Made by a program: the position numbers and the translations under genes. DNA of 63,681 nt, the filler included, from Saprolegnia diclina VS20 (taxonomy: Eukaryota): the NCBI RefSeq assembly GCF_000281045.1. It is 7 parts of 3 records of this genome, joined end to end, with 100 filler letters (N's around TTAATTAATTAA, not from the genome) between each part and the next. Parts side by side here need not be neighbours in the genome. Positions count along the whole stretch, not along the records: positions 1 to 19,077 come from NW_008246104.1; positions 19,178 to 41,229 come from NW_008246104.1; 5 more parts are not named here. The stretch is one strand, 5' to 3'. Below the pieces are notes generated by a model. That model ran no database searches and was not told the DNA's origin. It saw nothing but the letters and a program-made list of their open reading frames with translations. Positions 13,163 to 26,812 of this stretch are shown in pieces (within the stretch, counting starts at the first letter, position 1; each line of letters begins with the position of its first letter).

Positions 13163-14198
13163 GCGCAGAATTCTACAACTCATCGTGCTTACATAGTCTG
13201 TGTTGGCGGCACAAACGCTAGAAGCTACCGTGACGCGAAGGCTTCTTGTGCTGTAGTACGTCGGTGTCAGCAGTAGTGTCGTCGACTTAATGCTCGACGA
13301 CGGCGCGATGGCCCGAAGCCTCACACCTGTCCAAGGGCTGAAGCCACTTGGAATCCAAAACGCACCGTGGTCTTTGTTCTAGCGCTGCCGCGACGGAGAC
13401 TCTTCTTCGTGTGCTGCTGACGCCGTCGATTTCGAGCGCCTCCCGTTTGGCGAGCCGAGTCCAACCAGCTCACGCACCGCCCAACTGCCCAACCGCCATG
13501 CACCATGTCTGACGCCAATTCGGTCACAGATGTCCCACTACAGCTTTATCGAGTTGAGCCTGGCGCTCCATCTCGCATTCGACCATGCACGCATTGAGAT
13601 GGTACACGCACCGCGCTGCAAAGCGGCAGGCTGCACAGGCACTCGACGTCGTTCTACTAGGCGACTACTGGGCTATGAAGACGACATACAACACCCGTGC
13701 GACGGCGACACTGCCACAGGACGAGGTCTGCGACTTGATGAATCGGGAGTCCCGTTTCATCAAGTCGCAGAGCCCGTCTCCATACACTCGCCGTTCACTG
13801 CAAGACACTACAGGAGTTTACATCTACGAATACCGCGAATACCCCAAGCCCTCGGTCATGCGTAGAACATAGGGTAACATGCGATCCGACGTTGTTTACA
13901 TGTCGGTCATTGATTTCGTGCCAGGATTACGTACTGCGATAGTGTAGTACTTCCGTCCCCGACGCATTAGCGCACATAGAGCCATCTTATCTGTCCTGGT
14001 CGTCGCCTCGTTCGGCGCCAAAGCCGCAAGCACGCGTTTGGCACATTTCGAGTGCATCCAGTGGATGAAACAGCAGTCGTGGTTCCAATTTGCTGGATCG
14101 ATCTTGCCAAGGTGCGTGTTTGAAAAGGCGCACCTGGCTGTAATCCGTGCGGTAAGTGGAGGATAAGTGGAGAGCCACAAGCGGAGATCTCGACCAAG

Positions 14199-16003
14199 AT
14201 GGCAGCCAAGACGGCGTCGCCCATGGCATCCTCGTCGCCATGCGCGTCGTCCATCCTGCGGAAACGGCTGGCGCTCTTCCTCGGCGCAGCCTGTCTTCTC
14301 GTGCTCGCGCAGGTGGCGCAGCTCGGCCTCTTCACGAAGGACCACCACCACGCCAAGCTGCGTGGCCAGCGCCAGAAGCAGCCGCGCCTGCCCTTGTCGC
14401 CCGCCGAGACGATGCACGCGCTCAACTTTACGAACGAGGCGCAGCTGTCGCCAAAGCAGCGCACGCGCCGAACGGCCATCAAGGCAGCGATGCAGCACGC
14501 CTGGAGCGGCTACGAGACGTACGCGTTTGGCGCTGACGAAGTCGGGCCCGTCTCGGGCCGGCGGCGGCAAAACGTCTGGGGTGACATTAGCGTGACCTTG
14601 GTCGACGCGCTCGACACACTGTACATCATGGGCATGATGGTACGCTGCCTCCTCCTGCGTCACAGCTCACGCTAGCTCCTAGGACGAGTTTCACCGCGCG
14701 CGCGACTGGGTCGCGTACAACCTCGACTTTACCCACTTGGGCGTCGACGGCAACGTCGTCTCGATCTTTGAGGTTACGATCCGAGAGCTCGGCGGTCTCC
14801 TCGGCGCGTTCGCCGTCTCGCGCGACCCGGTCTTCCTCCAGCGCGCCATCGAGTTTGCCGATTTGACCGCGCCCGCCTTTGACGCATCCAGCGGCGTCTT
14901 TTACACCGAGTTCAACCCGCACACAAAGGAGCGGTCGATGCATTCCTGGACACAGTATCGGTATCCTCTCCACGTCCTCATCGTCGACTTGACATCCTCT
15001 CTCTAGCGGGCTCTTGGCTGACCTCGGGACGCTCCAGCTCGAGATGCGGTTCCTCTCGGACGTCACAGGGGATCCCCAGTACGCCCAGCGGGTACCTTCA
15101 TCGTCTCCATACGAAAATTGCTGAACCGGCAGTGCATAGGGCGACGCATTTTACGCTGTCGCAGAGCGCGAAGGGTCGTTCAAGGACACGGGGCTCTTCC
15201 CTGTGCACTTCGACCCGAGATCCAACCAGTTCGCGTCCACCAACTCGTTCATCACGATCGGCGCACTCGGCGACTCGTTCTACGAGTACCTCCTCAAGGT
15301 CTTCCTCTACAGCGGCAGAAACCTCGCCAAAGACGGCTTCCTTCGCCGCGCATATGACGCGGCTGTCGACGGCATGGAGACGCACCTCCTCATGAAAGGC
15401 TCAGCAACCAACGCCGACGGCTCCGAGGCCACGTACTACTACCTGCGCATGCTCGATATCCCGGACCTCCACGGCACGCAGGAGCAAGACCACTTGCTAT
15501 GCTTCGTGCCTGGCATGCTCGCCCTCGGTACCGTCGGCGAAACCGATGCAAGCAAGGTCGCCCGCCATCTCGACATTGCCAAGAAGCTCATGGAGACGTG
15601 CTATGCCATGTACGCCCGCCAGCCAACGGGGCTTGCGCCAGACCTCGTGAGCTTCCCGGGCTTTGAGGTCAAGTCGTCCGTGTACCATCTCCGGCCCGAG
15701 ACGATCGAGAGCCTCATGTACATGTACCGGATCACAAAGGACGAGAAGTACCGCGAGTGGGGCTGGGAGATCTTCCAGGCGACCGAAAAGCACGCCAAGA
15801 CCACGTACGGCTACGGCGCCGTGTGGTACGTCGACAGCGACTACTGGGTCGAGGTCGACGACAAGATGGAGAGCTTCTTCATGGCCGAGACGCTCAAGTA
15901 CCACTACCTCCTTCAGAGCCCCGAGAGCTTTGTGCCGCTCGACAAGTACGTCTTCAACACGGAGGCCCACCCGTTCAGCATTCGACCGGCGACCTCCGCG
16001 TAG
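14199..16003 (+). CDS. GH47 class I alpha-1,2-mannosidase, type II membrane anchor (4 exons)
   Basis: HAWSGY..YAFGADE, TLVDALDTLYIMG, FEVTIRELGG, DSFYEYLLK, HLRPETIES, ESFFMAETLKY and FNTEAHP. Confidence 0.95.
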
Positions 16004-16431
16004 CAAAGAGAATGTTGCTCGGATCTACTAGAAATTGCATGCACGTGTCATCTTGTCATCTTGGAAGCATGTCAGCGACGTCGGGCCGGCTTGTCTACGC
16101 CGCCATGGCCTAGCGTTGCTGCTTCTGTGGCGAACCCGTCGCATCGCATCCTTGGCTTGCTGTGGCAGCGTGGCGAGCGCGTGTTGACCGAGCTGCAGCT
16201 ACACCGAGTGCTCGTCTCGCCCGGCGCCTTCGCCGCGGCCTTGGCACCAGCAAGCACGCATGTCGCTGCTCCATGGCGGCTACTCGGTCCGTGGGTAGGA
16301 ACCGCGATGAGTGTCCACCCGGCGCGCCAGCGTGGGACATCTCGGCGATTGCCGCACCGTATCCGAACCCTTTTTGGCAAAAGCGCACCTGAAACGACGA
16401 GGTGCACCATTGCAGATTGTGAAGGTCGACG

Positions 16432-17515
16432 ATGGTGGAGCAAGCGCTCTTCCGGCTCCGCGTGCCACTCGTGCTCGCGATCGCGTGCCTCTTTGTCTTT
16501 GCGCAGATCTACATCGTCACGCACTTTGAGGCGCGGCTCTTCTCGGGCGACCACTCGTTCGAGCGCTTCTCCAAGCTGCGCGGTGCCCGCCATATCGTCC
16601 GCACGTCCCTGCCGACGCACGCGCCGCTGGCCGGCGCGCCGCTCAACGTCTCGGCAATGGCCGTGGCCTCGGAAGACCAGCTGGACGCACGCCGCAGTGC
16701 GATCAAGGCGGCGATGCAGCACGCGTGGGGCGGCTACGAGTCGCGTGCGTTCGGCGCCGACGAGGTCAGCCCAGTCTCGGGCAACCGCCGACAAAACGTG
16801 TGGGGTGGCATTGGCGTCACGCTCGTTGACGCACTCGACACACTGTACATCATGGGCATGAAGGTACGTGCCTTCGTATCATCGCAGAGATGCTTGCAGA
16901 GATGCTGAGGCGAGGATGTAGGACGAGTTTCAACGGGCGCGCGACTGGGTCGCCAACGAGCTCGACTTTATCCATCTCGGCGTCGACGGCGGCACGATCT
17001 CGATCTTTGAGGTCACCATTCGCGAGCTCGGCGGGCTGCTCAGTGCATACGATCTGTCGCAAGACCCGATCTTCAAGGAGCGCGCGATCGAACTCGCCGA
17101 CTTGCTCGCGCCGGCCTATGACGCGGCCGAAGGTGTTTTCTACACCATCTTCAACCCGCACACCAAGCAAAAGCAAATGAACAGCTGGACGGGCTTCCGG
17201 TATGTGGCTTCTTGATCGATATGTCGTCTCACTTGTTGTCGGCAGTGGCCTCCTCGCCGACCTCGGGACCCTCCAGCTCGAGATGCGGTACTTGAGTGCG
17301 ATCACGGGCAACCCCATCTATGCCGAGCGGGTACGTGCTTGCCTTATTCAGAGCGTAGAGTGAGCATTTGCAGGGCAACGCATTTTACGACGTCATCCAG
17401 CGCGAAGGCTCGTTCCAGGCCACGGGGCTCTTCCCAGTGCACTTTGAGCAAGCGTCCGGCACGTTTGCGCGCACAAACTCGGTCATTACGATCGGCGCGC
17501 TCGGCGACTCGTTCT
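16432..17515 (+). CDS. GH47 alpha-1,2-mannosidase, tandem paralog, 3' end lost in assembly gap
   Basis: Same motifs and the same three intron positions as the upstream copy. It runs into Ns at ITIGALGDSF. Confidence 0.9.
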
Positions 17516-20500
17516 ANNNNNNNNNNNNNNNNNNNNNNNNNNNNNNNNNNNNNNNNNNNNNNNNNNNNNNNNNNNNNNNNNNNNNNNNNNNNNNNNNNNN
17601 NNNNNNNNNNNNNNNNNNNNNNNNNNNNNNNNNNNNNNNNNNNNNNNNNNNNNNNNNNNNNNNNNNNNNNNNNNNNNNNNNNNNNNNNNNNNNNNNNNNN
17701 NNNNNNNNNNNNNNNNNNNNNNNNNNNNNNNNNNNNNNNNNNNNNNNNNNNNNNNNNNNNNNNNNNNNNNNNNNNNNNNNNNNNNNNNNNNNNNNNNNNN
17801 NNNNNNNNNNNNNNNNNNNNNNNNNNNNNNNNNNNNNNNNNNNNNNNNNNNNNNNNNNNNNNNNNNNNNNNNNNNNNNNNNNNNNNNNNNNNNNNNNNNN
17901 NNNNNNNNNNNNNNNNNNNNNNNNNNNNNNNNNNNNNNNNNNNNNNNNNNNNNNNNNNNNNNNNNNNNNNNNNNNNNNNNNNNNNNNNNNNNNNNNNNNN
18001 NNNNNNNNNNNNNNNNNNNNNNNNNNNNNNNNNNNNNNNNNNNNNNNNNNNNNNNNNNNNNNNNNNNNNNNNNNNNNNNNNNNNNNNNNNNNNNNNNNNN
18101 NNNNNNNNNNNNNNNNNNNNNNNNNNNNNNNNNNNNNNNNNNNNNNNNNNNNNNNNNNNNNNNNNNNNNNNNNNNNNNNNNNNNNNNNNNNNNNNNNNNN
18201 NNNNNNNNNNNNNNNNNNNNNNNNNNNNNNNNNNNNNNNNNNNNNNNNNNNNNNNNNNNNNNNNNNNNNNNNNNNNNNNNNNNNNNNNNNNNNNNNNNNN
18301 NNNNNNNNNNNNNNNNNNNNNNNNNNNNNNNNNNNNNNNNNNNNNNNNNNNNNNNNNNNNNNNNNNNNNNNNNNNNNNNNNNNNNNNNNNNNNNNNNNNN
18401 NNNNNNNNNNNNNNNNNNNNNNNNNNNNNNNNNNNNNNNNNNNNNNNNNNNNNNNNNNNNNNNNNNNNNNNNNNNNNNNNNNNNNNNNNNNNNNNNTAGA
18501 ATTCTTGTTTTGAGTTGTTGGGGCGATCGAGAACACAACTGTCTATATTGACATTTGTATGGCACTCTGCAGCGGCCCACCAACTTGTCAATCTCAGCCC
18601 AAAGCTAATCTTGTTGCGCTTAGCTACACGCGTGGACTCTGACGTCGCTACTGACACGTCGTGGGGGCCTCCACCTGTAGCACGGAAGCTCATTGAGCAA
18701 TACACAGTATGACGCAAGCGACATTGTATGGCCGTTGACTCTACCCTGCACACGAGGCTCCTTCGTTTTTCGAGTTTTGATTTTTAGGGTTAGGTTTACA
18801 TTGGTCACTGGTCCAATGATGCGACCCGTGTGGAGATCACCGCTCAAGGCGCATTGCAAGTTGGTCAGTGAGAAAGAACCCGGCTAGGGTCAGTCTCCTC
18901 GAGTCAGTCATTCCAAGCAGCAGGCGAGAAGTATAAATGAAAACGCCATGTTCAACTAAATAGGGCAATCTCGGTCGCCTGAAATGTCGAGGCACCGACG
19001 CAACAAACCATACGAGGACTCGATTCAATTCGATGTGTAGTAGAAGAAATATAGATCTTAGAGCGCGAACGCAACTTNNNNNNNNNNNNNNNNNNNNNNN
19101 NNNNNNNNNNNNNNNNNNNNNTTAATTAATTAANNNNNNNNNNNNNNNNNNNNNNNNNNNNNNNNNNNNNNNNNNNNACATCGTGCGAAACCAGAGTCAG
19201 AGTAACTGGTGCGCGCCATTATTTTCATCGCTTTGAATTCACCACATTTGTCACCAGATGTGACCACGTCCACGTCCAGTCTTTGGACTAGCGCGGGCAA
19301 ACACAAACACGAATATTTGCATCAATAGCTGCAGCGTTCGAGCTACATTTTGTACTACGACGAACTGTGCGTGGTTGTACCAGAGCGATTGTCGCCCGGT
19401 AGCGTCGACAGAACGTGCGACGGTGGGCCGTGGCTAGCATCAACGCACGCAAACCCTGGGACACGTCACGTACGCAGCACTCGAGGGGCCGCCTTGGCCG
19501 AGTCAGGAGCGCACGACTTGCAACGGCGACGTTTATCAAAGTGGGTCGTTTTGGTAATCATTCACGTGGGGAGCGGCTCATGGACGCGCCTTGACAGCGA
19601 AACCTCCCAGCGACGGCGCGCGGCGCTCGAGCCGCAGCACAGCGTAGCAGCAGCAGGAGCAGCAAGCGAGGGCGCCGTCAACGCCGCGCTGACGCGGGTG
19701 ATAACGCTGTGGCGCCTTTCTGCGGTAATCAAGCTGATTACCGGCACCATCTGGTTCAAAAATGGGACCGGTGCGTATCCGGATGGGCAGCCGACACACG
19801 CCAATTTCTTGACGCAGCAACACGCATGCCACGCAGTCCGTCGCCAAAGGTAGTGATCTCCACGTGCAATGTGGCGCCAGCGCTCATGCGATCGCCTTGC
19901 GTAGGCCGCTGCCGCCGACGACTCGGGCTTCTCACTGCACGTTGTCGCTGCTTTCATCGCGAGCGTCGCGATCCTCTTGGCCGCGCAGTTGATCGCGTTC
20001 ACGATTGGGCTCTGCGCCGACCGGTACTTGTTCGTGTCCGCGTTTGGCCTCACAAATACGGGCCTTCTGGCACTACCTGCCGTGGCCTACGTCGTATACA
20101 AGCGCGTCGTCCGGCGGCTGCGCGCGCGGCGCCACCGCCACCACATTGTGCAAGCCAAGGGCCGACACAACTTCAGCTAAGAGCGACCACGCGTGACGCG
20201 TACGACAATCGACCAAGAAGCAGAGACAATACCTAGCAAACCTGCGCGCGTGAGCCCAAACAAAAGAATGAGGCCGACGACGAACACACGGACCGTCCGC
20301 TTCGAGCACGGAGGAGACCCAAGCCCAATAGACGAGCACGATATATGCATCATTTGCCCTCTTCGCGACAGCTTCTTTAGCGCACATATGTGCTTGATTG
20401 GGTGCCTCGAGGAGACGACGTGCGACTGCCGCCTTCGCACGATGATTTTACAACCCTACATGTAACTACGTACACTATGTTACTTGCATATCGGCAAGGG

Positions 20501-21268
20501 CTGGCAAGGACGGCAGGGATGATGCAAGACGCTGCATCGAGATAAACGATCTCGGCGAGGAAGGTAGCCGGTCCACGCGCTTGTAGAAAACTAACATCAT
20601 CGATCGACGGATACTTCTGCACTCGGCAGATAGTATGGATGATGTAGGCTAGAGGTTACTGTCCATCGTCCGCTTGTCCACATCAGCGCAACTCGTCCAA
20701 TCAGTCCAGAGACGTCCCTTCACAGCAACACAAACTAGCCAACTCGCAGTAGGTCGCCAGAGCATATAGGACGATACATCAGTGTCCTCCTACTGCTTTC
20801 ACTCGAGGGCATCCATCGCGTTCAATTGTACCTACAACGATCCGCGGCGCAGCATGCTGCGACGACGCCATTTTGGTTCCTTGCTTGTCTCTCATGCTGC
20901 CACGCCATCGTGTAACACTATAAAACATCATCGAGAGGTGTGAAATAGTGTGAATGATTCAAACTGACTGAAATTGGGCTCGATTAAGTGCGACCATACT
21001 TTTGCCACCGAGCCGCGACCGAGCGAGATCAAGCCCAACTGACGCTGCGTCGACCTACTTGCTGCGTTGGAACAACCTCTAAATGCAATGTAGAGATCAC
21101 TGTAGGCAGCCGCGAGAGCGAAGTCGCAAACGATAGAAGCGCAGGTGGACAGTTGGCTGCCTTTTAGTTGAGTGCGTTTAGCCCGTAGTATCTTGCGAGG
21201 GCTCGGACTTAGCGGGATCAAGCCCCAATCGTAAACTCCCGAGGCGTCAGTAGCAGCAGCCGCCCACG

Positions 21269-24200
21269 ATGGAGCTCAGCGAAGTCGACAAGCTCCTCGC
21301 CGAAGACAGCGACAACGAGGACCTCGTGGATCTGGACCTGAACGAGATCCAAGCGGCTTTGACGCTCGAGGAGATCCTCAACGAAGAGCTCGATGGGCTA
21401 TCGTCAGTGTCGGCGCCGGCGCCGGCCGCCGCCTCAAGCTTGGGCTTGTCGGTCGAGAACCCGCTCTTGCATCGTGCGACGCTCAAGCCCCGCCCATCGA
21501 CCGTGGGTGCGTTGACCAAGTCACCGCTCGAGGTGGCGCAAGCGATCGAAGACGCCTTCCTTGCGGCGCCGACCGAGGTGCTCGTGAGCCCGCTCGCGGT
21601 GAAGCGCCGCATGCGCGTGCACCAGCAGGCGCTCAAGCTACGGAAGGAGACCAACACGCTCGACAAGATGAAGATCGCGCTGCAGCTCAAGCAGAAGCAG
21701 TCGACGGGCGGGAGCGGCGTTGTCAAGGTCGAACCGATGCAGACGATCTCCAAGCAGCTCGCCAAGAACGCCGAGTTCCGTGAGAACGGCCCCGGGAGTC
21801 CGACCGTGGTCGCGATCCACCCCAAGTTCATCGCGATCGGGACGAGCAAGAGCCTCGTGCTCGTCTTTGACCACTTTCAAAACATCCGCCACGTCCTCCG
21901 CAACACGACGATGGATGCTGGCCACGACCAGTACTCGGGTACCTCCTCTCTCGTTCACAGGCACCTGAGGGTACCACGTAGATGGCGCCGTGACGGCCAT
22001 TGACGTCTCGCCGGGCAGCGACTTTCTTGTGTGCGGCTACCAAAGTGGGCGCATCGTGCTGTGGGACATGCTCAAGGGCACGTCGCTCAAGGTCGTCGCC
22101 GACGCGCACGACTGCCCCGTCGTGAGTCTTCTCTTCATGAAAGACCAAAAGCCGTGTATTCTCTCGGTCGACGCCAAGTACGTCACCCTTCCTTCCATCT
22201 CTGGAGCATCCTGCTCATGCTCCGACTAGTGGCATGGCCAACAAAATCAACTTTTCCAAAATGATGGGCTACGTCTACGTCGTCGACACGGACCCGATCT
22301 ACGATGGGTCGGCGGGCAAGATCCTTAGCGTCGCCATTTTGCCGCAGACCGCGGGCCATGCCAAGGTCGGGCACATCACCGACACGTACTGCATCGCGGC
22401 CATCTCGACCGACAAGGTCACGTTCCTCGTGGCCATCGAGCCAGAGGTGCGCATTCTCCACCGCTGGTTCAAACCAGGTACGATCCATCGTTTGTATCAA
22501 TATTTGGTATCAATATTTGGTATCAATCTGTAGATGGGCTCACCAACGACAATTTACCGTCGCTGGCGTTTGCGTGGGTCGCGCTGCCTGGCGGTGCGCG
22601 CAGTGACACGCCGACTCCGATGCTGGCGCGCGGGTGGGGCAAGCACATGCAGTTTCTCGAGATCCTCTTCCAGCCGCGCCACGTGCACGCCAAGGACGGC
22701 TGGCCGACGTTCGCCGAGACGAACCACATGAGCACGACGAGCGATGTCGTCGCGACGCAGTGGCTTGGCGATCACGTTGTCATGTACCTCACGTACCAAG
22801 ACGAGCTCTGCGTCTACGACACAATGAGCCGCCAAGAGCTCGAGATCGTCGATGTGAGCGCGATGGGTCTCGTGTACGCGTCGTACCGCGGCAACAACGG
22901 CCGGAGTTTTGCCAACAGGTACGCGTGTCGCCGCCGTATGTATCAAGTTGATACAAGTTTCAGGTTTTTGTAGCTTTCGCGCGTGCAACGAAATGCTCTA
23001 CTTGCTCGGCCTCAAGGAACTCCAGACCGCGCGCGTGCAACCGTGGACGCAGCGCATTGATGCTCTCATCGAAGACGGCGAGTGGCTCGAGGGCCTCGGG
23101 CTCGCGCTCGACCACTTTGACGGGCTGACGAAAGCGGCGGCGACGCGCGCCGAGCGCGACCGGTTCCCGCCCGTCTTCTTCACCGACTCGCACAAGGACC
23201 AGTGCGTCGTCGACATCTTCCGTATGTGCCAAACCAACCAGCGCACAGGCGACAAGGAAGACGTGTTTCGGTACGAAGACAATGCGGACGAAGGCGTCCG
23301 ATGGTGCGTCGGCGAGGCGCCGTATGCGCCCGACGTGTCCAAGCGGCTCGAGGCGGCGTTCCAGAACGCCCGGTCTGGCACCGTCACCAAGAGCGTCGTG
23401 CCCATCGGCGTCGCTGAGCGCGTGGCCGACCTCCTCATGGACTATGTGCGGCTCGCGATCGGGAATGCGCCATCGTCCTCTTCGGTCGCCGACCTCGCGA
23501 TCTCGCACTATCAAATGCTGGCCGGTGTCGCGATCGAGTACTGCGCGCAGATCCACCGCACCGACTTGCTCTTTGGCGACATCTTCAAGCGATTTCAAGA
23601 CGTCGAGAAAGCGCACGTGTTTGTGGGGCTCCTCGCGCCCTATGTGCTCAACGACCAGCTCCAAGTGCTCTCGCCGACCGTCCTCGATGCGTTCGTGTCG
23701 CACTTTCTCGCGCAAGGCGACCTCGTGCTCGTTGAAAAGTGCCTCTTGCACCTCCGCGTCCGCGACATGGACTTTGACGCGATGCTGCGCGTGTGCCAGA
23801 CCCATCACCTCCACACGGCCATGGTGTACCTCTACAACGACGCCAAGCAAGACTACACGACGCCGATCGACTTGCTCTTGGCGGCAGCCGGCGCGAGCAC
23901 GCCACTGCCGCTCGACGAGAGTCTCTTTGACTCGGACGAGACGACCGGACGGGCCAAGCGCATGATTCTGTACAAGTGCCTCCTCTACATTTCCTACATG
24001 CTCATGGGCAAGACCTTCCCGAAGCGCGAGGTCGTGGCGTCCCACCCGCACACGGCGTCGCGGCACCAGCGCATGATTGCGAGCGTCGCCCAGCACCTTT
24101 TTGAACGGCACCCGCCGGGCCACGGCGACGCGTCGTACCCGCGGCTCATTCCACTCATCCAGCTCGACGCCAAGATGGTGTTTGAGATCCTTGCGCGGCT

Positions 24201-26668
24201 CTTTGACGATGCGAGCGTCGAGTTTGACGGCGAGGCGACGTCGGCGACCACGTCCCAGCGCTACAGCAACCTCACGCTCAAGTGCCCGTCGCGCATGGAG
24301 ATGGTGCTCAGCCTCGCGTCGATTCTGGTCGGGACGCCGACGGACGACTCGCCGTTCCCGTCGTCGCCGTACTTTAGCCCTTCGGACCAAGGGCACTTTT
24401 ACATGTTTGAGGCGCGGCTCCTCAGCAGCGGCGCGATTGACGCACCGAGCTACGCCCGCGCGCGCAGCGTCAACAGCCAGTGGATGATGGACTCGCTCCT
24501 GCACTTCCTCGCGTCGGGTCCGCAGGCGCTCGCGACGGACGACGACGAAGGCTTTGACAAGGCCGGGCGCCAAGTAATGCTCGTGCGCCTCCTCCAGACG
24601 CTGTCACCGACGTCGTACGACCAAGGCGCGCTCCTCCGGCGTGTCACAAAGGAGTCAATGAACCGTACGTTGCCTCATCCTCGGAATCTCGTCTCAGAGG
24701 CGTCGTATGTAGGCGCGGCTGTCGTGCTGCACAAGGCCCGTGGCGAGTTCAACGAGACGATCTCGGCGTATTTGGCCGACGCCGACCTCGAGTACAAGCT
24801 CAGCGTCTTTTCCTACATCCGCTCCGGTACGAGCTTGGATTTGATAGAAATAAATTGCAGAAGATGGCTGGCTAGAACGCGACAAGGTGGTTGAAGCCGA
24901 TGGCGATGCGGCCAACAGCGAGGCGGCCAAGGCGCGCCAGGCTGACATTGAAATGGGCATCGTCAACCACTGCGGCGGCCTCCTCGACGTCGACGCACAT
25001 ACGTTTGTCGTGCTCATGCTCGAGAACTTTGCCTCGCTCAACGCGAAGCTCATCCAGCGCTTTATGAGTGTCGGCGGCAAAACGGGCGCCAAGTGGGAGT
25101 TTACGTACCTCCGACACATCCTCGGGAGTCCGTCGGGCGATGGCGACGACGCGGCCGACGTCATCCGCGACCTTCTCGAGCGCGAGAAGGCGGTGCTCCA
25201 AATGGCCGAAGACCCCGCCGTCCAGGAGCGCTTTATCCGGCTCCTCTGCGAGTTTGACCCGACGCAGGTCTTTCCGTACTTGGCGGCTCACGACAGCTAC
25301 AAGGTCGAGACGTGCCTCAAGCTCTGCAAGGAGTTCAAGATCACGGACGCCGAGGCATACCTCCTCGAACGCACGGGCGACGTCAACGGCGCGCTCACGA
25401 TCATTCTCACGAGTATGGAAAAGCAGCTCAAGGTGCTCAAGCCTGCGCTTCGCGGTGTGAACGCGTCGTCGGCCGAGGCCTCCGGGTGGCAGCAGGAGAG
25501 CATTATCGAGAGTGTCCCCGAAGGCAAAGAGGTCATGAAGACGCTCGACGTGGCCATTGCCATGTGTCAGCGCAATTCGGCGCGGCACCGCGACGACCAG
25601 AGTGAAAAGCTCTGGTTCACGCTCCTCGACCAGTGTCTCAAAGTCCAGAATCTGGTCAAAAAGGCGATGCAGTCCAAGACCAAGGGCCGGACGAGCACGC
25701 GCGGGGCGCAGACGGTCTTCCAGATCGCTGTGAACGAGCTCATTCGCATCATCCTCGAGCGCATGGCGTCCTGCGTCTCGCTGCAAGCGATCCTTTTCAA
25801 GATCACCAACGAGCACGGGAAGGACGAGTTTGGGGACTTTCGTCCGACAATTTTCGGCATGCTCGATACGTACAACTACGAGCACAACATTTACCAGACG
25901 GCGAATGCGCTCATTCGGTACGTGTGGTTTTCACAGGAAAATTTGGGAATTGATCAAAAATGCGTAGCACGGATCTGCACGACCAAGTCATGGTGCTCCG
26001 CCGCGCACAGGCCAAGTGCATGGCGCCCGCGTCCGTGACGTGCCACTACTGCAAAGTTGTGCTCTCCAAGCCGCCCTTTGGCATGGGCCAGCACTACAAC
26101 TCGAAGGAGAAGTGGAACCGGCACACGTCGAGCGTCTCGATCAAGGCGACTGGCCACCTCTTCCACGACTCGTGCGCCAAAATGTGGGAGCAAGAGCTTG
26201 ACAAAAAGGTACGATTGACCACATTTCAAAAAATATCAAAATATTAACCATCCGATTGCTTTTTAGAAGGACGAGACGACGGCACGGAGCGCGCACCGCG
26301 CCTCGACAGGGAGCCAGGACTTGGAAGGCGACGCGGGCGACGACGAGAACGCTGCGTCGTCGCGGTCGTTGCGGCGCCAGGGCACGACGCGCCGGTACAT
26401 GAGCCGCCTCAAGCGTGTGCGCGACTCCACCAAGGCCACGCGGGCCCTCGTACGTTCTTTGTTCCGATTCAAACTGAAACTCAAAATGCGACATTAGCAC
26501 CACTTGCTCGCGAGTCTCAACAAGGTCGACGGGGCCAAGAACAAGTATTTGCGCGGCAACACGGCGACGTTTTCGCTCAAGCCGGCGTCGATGCCCAAGG
26601 CCAAGCGTGTCGGGTCCCGGAAACCCGGCGTCTTGCCCGTCAAGGCCAGCAACACGTCGAGGTTCTAG
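21269..26668 (+). CDS. VPS8: Vacuolar protein sorting 8 (CORVET subunit): WD40, Vps8 domain, clathrin heavy-chain repeat and RING-like finger, multi-exon
   Basis: GSPTVVAIHPKFIAIGTSKSLVLVFD, LARGWG, W..RI..LI..GEWLEGL, LAPYVLNDQL, VEKCLLHL, LLCEFDP..V..YL, DAEAYLLERTG, LWFTLLD, GMLDTYNYE and CHYC...GHLFHDSC. Confidence 0.9.
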
Positions 26669-26812
26669 GCTGTCTGCATGCACCGTCCGACGAGACTACC
26701 CATGACGTCCTTCCGTCATTAACATCGACCTGTCATTGCATCCGCTACTTGTATCTTGTTTTGTGTGCTGATCGATGATGGGATAGTCTCTGTATCGAGT
26801 CGCTTATGCATG

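Noticed and set aside
13505..13872. Possible small gene between the CCCH gene and GH47
   Set aside because: The ORFs are short and frame-broken, with no motif or clear splice structure.
17339..18753. Long ORFs full of X (also at 39-40 kb and 42.5-43 kb)
   Set aside because: They are read-through of N gaps.
19350..20465. Hydrophobic and Cys-rich ORF pieces suggesting a membrane protein
   Set aside because: I could not build a consistent gene model or recognise a family; it may be a diverged gene.
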